A stretch of 21,013 bases of DNA from Mesotaenium endlicherianum (Eukaryota). This document shows positions 18,132 through 21,013 of the stretch, one piece after another; positions within the stretch are counted from its first letter, which is position 1, and each line of letters starts with the position of its first letter. The notes below the pieces were generated by a model. The model ran no database searches. It saw only the letters and a list, made by a program, of their open reading frames with translations, and was not told where the DNA came from. The stretch covers positions 62,001-83,013 of the forward strand of contig WELA01002734.1 in NCBI GenBank assembly GCA_009602735.1. Direction: 5' to 3'. Position numbers and translations under genes: made by a program.

Positions 18132-19132
18132 AAAGGCTGATTCCAATAATGATTCTTTGTAATTTTTTACTGATAAAACACAGTGGGCTTGCACAGATTC
18201 CCAAGTCGCCGGATGTTAATGGCAAAGAATGGCATGATACACAGGGAAACTTTATTAACGCGCATGGGGCAGGCATACTGCATCACAATGACACTTATTA
18301 CTTGTTCGGGGAAATAAAAAAAGGCAACACCTGGTTGGTGGCGGGGCAAAGCTGGGAAGATTATCGTGTGCCGGCGGGTGGTGTATCTTGTTATTCTTCA
18401 AAGGATTTGAAAACCTGGAAATACGAGGGTGTAGCATTATCCCCGGTAAAAGGCGATACCACAAATGACTTGGATACAGGCAGGGTCATTGAACGCCCAA
18501 AAGTGATCTATAACCGTGCGACTAAAAAATTTGTCATGTGGATGCACGTGGATAAGAACGATTATTCATATTCGCGTGCCGGCGTTGCAGTAAGTGACAA
18601 TCCCGCCGGACCGTATCGGTATATAAGAAGCGTGCAACCAAACGGTCAAATGTCTCGTGATATGACCCTTTTCCAGGATGATGATGGCAAAGCCTATCTG
18701 ATCTATTCATCTGAACAAAATAATACCATGCAGGTATGCCTCTTAAATGACGATTACCTGAGCCCGACAAAAATTTTCAGCAGGATATTGGTAGATCGCA
18801 GGCGCGAGGCCCCCGCACTATTTAAAAGCGAAGGAAAATATTATTTAATTACTTCGTCTTGCACTGGCTGGTCGCCCAACGCAGCTACTTATGCCGTGGC
18901 CAATCAGGTATTAGGTCCATGGAAAGAATACGAAAACCCATGCAAAGGCGCTGGCGCCGATACAACATTCGGATCACAAAGCACTTATGTGTTGCCCATT
19001 AATGGAAAAACAAAAACGTTCCTGTTTATGGCTGATACCTGGAATAAAACGGACCTTAAACAATCGGGGTATTTGTGGTTGTCTTTAAAGATCAATAACG
19101 GCAAGGTTGAAATAAAAAAGTTTGTCTATTGA
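18128..19132 (+). CDS. Glycoside hydrolase family 43, probably subfamily 24 (exo-beta-1,3-galactanase-like)
   Basis: Signal peptide, INAHGAGI, YYLFGE, IERPKVIYN, FVMWMH, SRDMTLFQDDDG, REAPA, TGWSPN and TFGSQST. ATGA overlap with the upstream gene. Confidence 0.85.
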   Translation: MKRLIPIMILCNFLLIKHSGLAQIPKSPDVNGKEWHDTQGNFINAHGAGILHHNDTYYLFGEIKKGNTWLVAGQSWEDYRVPAGGVSCYSSKDLKTWKYEGVALSPVKGDTTNDLDTGRVIERPKVIYNRATKKFVMWMHVDKNDYSYSRAGVAVSDNPAGPYRYIRSVQPNGQMSRDMTLFQDDDGKAYLIYSSEQNNTMQVCLLNDDYLSPTKIFSRILVDRRREAPALFKSEGKYYLITSSCTGWSPNAATYAVANQVLGPWKEYENPCKGAGADTTFGSQSTYVLPINGKTKTFLFMADTWNKTDLKQSGYLWLSLKINNGKVEIKKFVY

Positions 19133-19142
19133 TTTGTTCTAC

Positions 19143-19742
19143 TTACCCCTTTTCTTCCAATCGTTTTGCAATAAACAGCACCTCTTTTACCCAAAGTGAT
19201 GGATTGTCTATTTGCTCAATAATTTTTCCTTTTTTCAATACAGCCATCTGTTTAGGGATCTTATCTGAACTATCGTATAAATATGCATCAGTAAAATTCA
19301 GAATTTCAGATTTCAGATATGTCAATCCCATCCGGTAACGTTGTTCTATAATCGGAACTGCAATGTCATGCCCACCTTGGGCAACGCGGTTTAGCACACG
19401 ATCTTTGTTTATTTCCACATCGTCCGTTCCCAGGAAATATAATACTGCATCATAGCCGTGTCGCTGCATTCTTTTTATCCATTCGTAATCGGATTTCTTG
19501 GAAAGATTGCTTTCAATCATGAAGCTTTCTTTTCTTTCAATAAACCCAGCTATGCGCTGCTGTGCAATACTTTCTCCTAAAGCAAGGTTTTCAGCAGTGT
19601 AGTTACCTAACTCTAACAGGACAATATTATCAATGTTGATAAAAGGAATAGAAGGGGCTATATCACCAATAGACACCTGGGAATTATACCACGTAGTTTT
19701 GCCAGAACCATTGGCTCCGCCGAGAATATAGAGGACCGGCAT
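19143..19742 (-). CDS. Zeta-toxin/AAA-like P-loop kinase (COG4185-like predicted ATPase)
   Basis: Walker A GGANGSGKTT, FINIDNI, SFMIESNLS, and RVLNRVAQGGHDI...IEQRY. Confidence 0.82.
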   Translation of the reverse strand: MPVLYILGGANGSGKTTWYNSQVSIGDIAPSIPFINIDNIVLLELGNYTAENLALGESIAQQRIAGFIERKESFMIESNLSKKSDYEWIKRMQRHGYDAVLYFLGTDDVEINKDRVLNRVAQGGHDIAVPIIEQRYRMGLTYLKSEILNFTDAYLYDSSDKIPKQMAVLKKGKIIEQIDNPSLWVKEVLFIAKRLEEKG

Positions 19743-19928
19743 TTATTGATGCTTGGATGGATGGGAATTGAGAACAAATTTTTCCCCGGTGCGTGGGTTC
19801 TCTCGAATAATCTTACCATTCTCTTTATAAGTTATAAAGGAACCTGTTTTGAGCGCCTGCTCACGCACATAATTAGCGACTGCAATACCTGCCCTCTTTG
19901 GGTCAATATTTACAAGCCTTTTTTCCAT
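19743..19928 (-). CDS. Small basic hypothetical protein, putative partner/antitoxin of the zeta-like kinase
   Basis: 61 aa. Its TAA directly abuts the kinase ATG, and a promoter-like element sits immediately upstream. Confidence 0.65.
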   Translation of the reverse strand: MEKRLVNIDPKRAGIAVANYVREQALKTGSFITYKENGKIIRENPRTGEKFVLNSHPSKHQ

Positions 19929-19932
19929 GGCC

Positions 19933-19940
19933 CAAATTTA
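19933..19940 (-). promoter_or_regulatory. Bacteroidota -7 promoter element (TAnnTTTG)
   Basis: The minus strand reads TAAATTTG-GGCC-ATG, so the element is 4 nt from the start codon at 19928. Confidence 0.55.
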
Positions 19941-19998
19941 CGATTAATTAACCAGTTACTAAATAAGGGGGTAAAAAGAATAAGAATTATACCTATAT

Positions 19999-20026
19999 AA
20001 AAAGCCCTGAAATTTCAGGGCTTTTT
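19999..20026. terminator. Bidirectional intrinsic terminator downstream of the tRNA 3' fragment
   Basis: Perfect 28-bp palindrome AAAAAGCCCTGAAA/TTTCAGGGCTTTTT with a U-tract on both strands. Confidence 0.85.
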
Positions 20027-20029
20027 TAG

Positions 20030-20073
20030 TGGAGAATACCGGATTCGAACCGGTGGCCTCTTGCATGCCATGC
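20030..20073 (-). other. 3' fragment of tRNA-Ala(GGC), probable att-site duplication
   Basis: Minus strand reads GC-ATGGCAT-GCAAG-AGGCC-ACCGG-TTCGAAT-CCGGT-ATTCTCCA: anticodon loop with GGC, 3' anticodon stem, T-arm and 3' acceptor strand. The 5' half (acceptor 5' strand, D-arm, CTT of the anticodon stem) is missing. Confidence 0.88.
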
Positions 20074-21013
20074 CTGTGCGACAACCCTGTTTTCTCCTTT
20101 ATAAATGCCCTATTTTAAGCTCTTTTCACTCATTTCCGGTCCAAATCCGTCCCAAAATATTGTTTATTCTGTACTAAAGTATTTCAAACGAATTTTTAAG
20201 CGCATCGAACTTTGACGTCAAATCGTAATTAGAAGAAACTTGAAGTAAATATCTTTTTTTGTTCTTAAAGAATAAAATTCCTTTTGCTTTAATCTCGTTT
20301 TGGATACTACTGTATTGTATCGCTTTAACCCCTTTGTATGTTACATAATCATACACAAATTCATTAGCAGCAAAGTTATTTACAACTTGTTCAAAAAGCT
20401 TATTTTCTACATCGCTGGAGTCTTTATAGGATACTTCAAAATAACTGGAAGATTCGTCAATAATCCATATTCTAAAAATGGCAAAATCTTCTGGGTTATT
20501 TTCAATTTTAGCAACCGCGCATGCATACGCCCCAATTATTCTTTTTTTATCTTGAACTTCACTGCTTTGAATTAAAGACGGGTCAACTTTTAGTTCACAA
20601 GGGCATTTAATTTTAAAACCAGCAGAAGGGAAAATTTGATAGTTATTGTCACTACCAGCTTCGTTCTTGATCAGACTATCGACCCTTGCAGCAGCACTAT
20701 CTATTTTAGCAGTAGAATAATCAGCCGCTTTTTTAGTTGTGTCAGCAGCAGCTTTAGCGGCACTATCAGCAGCTGCTCCTATTGCAATATTATTTGCATC
20801 AGAAGATGGTGTATTAATTAAATTATCTGTCCTGTTTTGGGGAAGTATAGCTATTACAACTATAAAAGCAACAATGAGTATAGCACAGACTACTAATATG
20901 TACGGCAATACAGGGTCATCATCTTTTACCTTCGGCTTAGTCGGTTCAGGAGGGTCTATAGGTAGAACGCGAAAGGTGCTATCCGCTTCGGAAAAATGCA
21001 CATCAATTATTGT
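20074..21013. mobile_element. End of a putative tRNA-Ala-integrated genomic island or prophage extending beyond the window
   Basis: Inferred from the tRNA 3' fragment, tandem arm-site-like repeats at 20135-20156 and visibly AT-richer sequence. No integrase lies in the window. Confidence 0.6.
20174..21013 (-). CDS. Hypothetical single-pass membrane protein (5' end outside window)
   Basis: The frame stays open upstream of the track start (21001) to the edge. Contains a Pro-rich segment, TM (VLPYILVVCAILIVAFIVVIAIL), an Ala/Asp-rich linker and an alpha/beta C-terminal domain loosely reminiscent of PsbP/DcrB folds. Confidence 0.7.
   Translation of the reverse strand, partial: TIIDVHFSEADSTFRVLPIDPPEPTKPKVKDDDPVLPYILVVCAILIVAFIVVIAILPQNRTDNLINTPSSDANNIAIGAAADSAAKAAADTTKKAADYSTAKIDSAAARVDSLIKNEAGSDNNYQIFPSAGFKIKCPCELKVDPSLIQSSEVQDKKRIIGAYACAVAKIENNPEDFAIFRIWIIDESSSYFEVSYKDSSDVENKLFEQVVNNFAANEFVYDYVTYKGVKAIQYSSIQNEIKAKGILFFKNKKRYLLQVSSNYDLTSKFDALKNSFEIL

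Noticed and set aside
20030..20105. Intact tRNA-Ala gene
   Set aside because: No D-arm or 5' acceptor strand is present and the 5' anticodon stem is incomplete, so it cannot fold into a cloverleaf.

Overview
This is bacterial genomic DNA from a Bacteroidota member, most likely Chitinophagaceae-like (inferred from a SusC gene, TAnnTTTG promoter elements and DUF1573/DUF4838 proteins). From left to right: (1) a minus-strand uronate/PUL block: DUF1573 lipoprotein, secreted esterase, uxuB-like SDR, uxuA and the 5' ~1.5 kb of a susC that runs off the window. (2) A tightly coupled ~10 kb, seven-gene plus-strand operon (5452-15552): CheY-like receiver, membrane-anchored HEAT-repeat protein, two paralogous processive GT2 synthases (the second with a 22-aa CxxC insertion), a long TPR/YaiO-type beta-barrel, a DUF4838 hydrolase-like lipoprotein and a second, paralogous receiver. 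It has the architecture of a synthase-dependent exopolysaccharide secretion system, apparently switched by stand-alone receivers rather than c-di-GMP, and is the best candidate for an undescribed system. (3) A hypothetical gene split by one in-frame TAG, next to a duplicated 59-bp hairpin with a compensatory base-pair change. (4) A beta-helix protein plus GH43 pair. (5) A small protein plus zeta-toxin-like P-loop kinase pair. (6) A 44-bp 3' fragment of tRNA-Ala(GGC) with a terminator, marking the att boundary of an integrated element that continues past the right edge. Family calls come from motif recognition by eye; no database searches were run.
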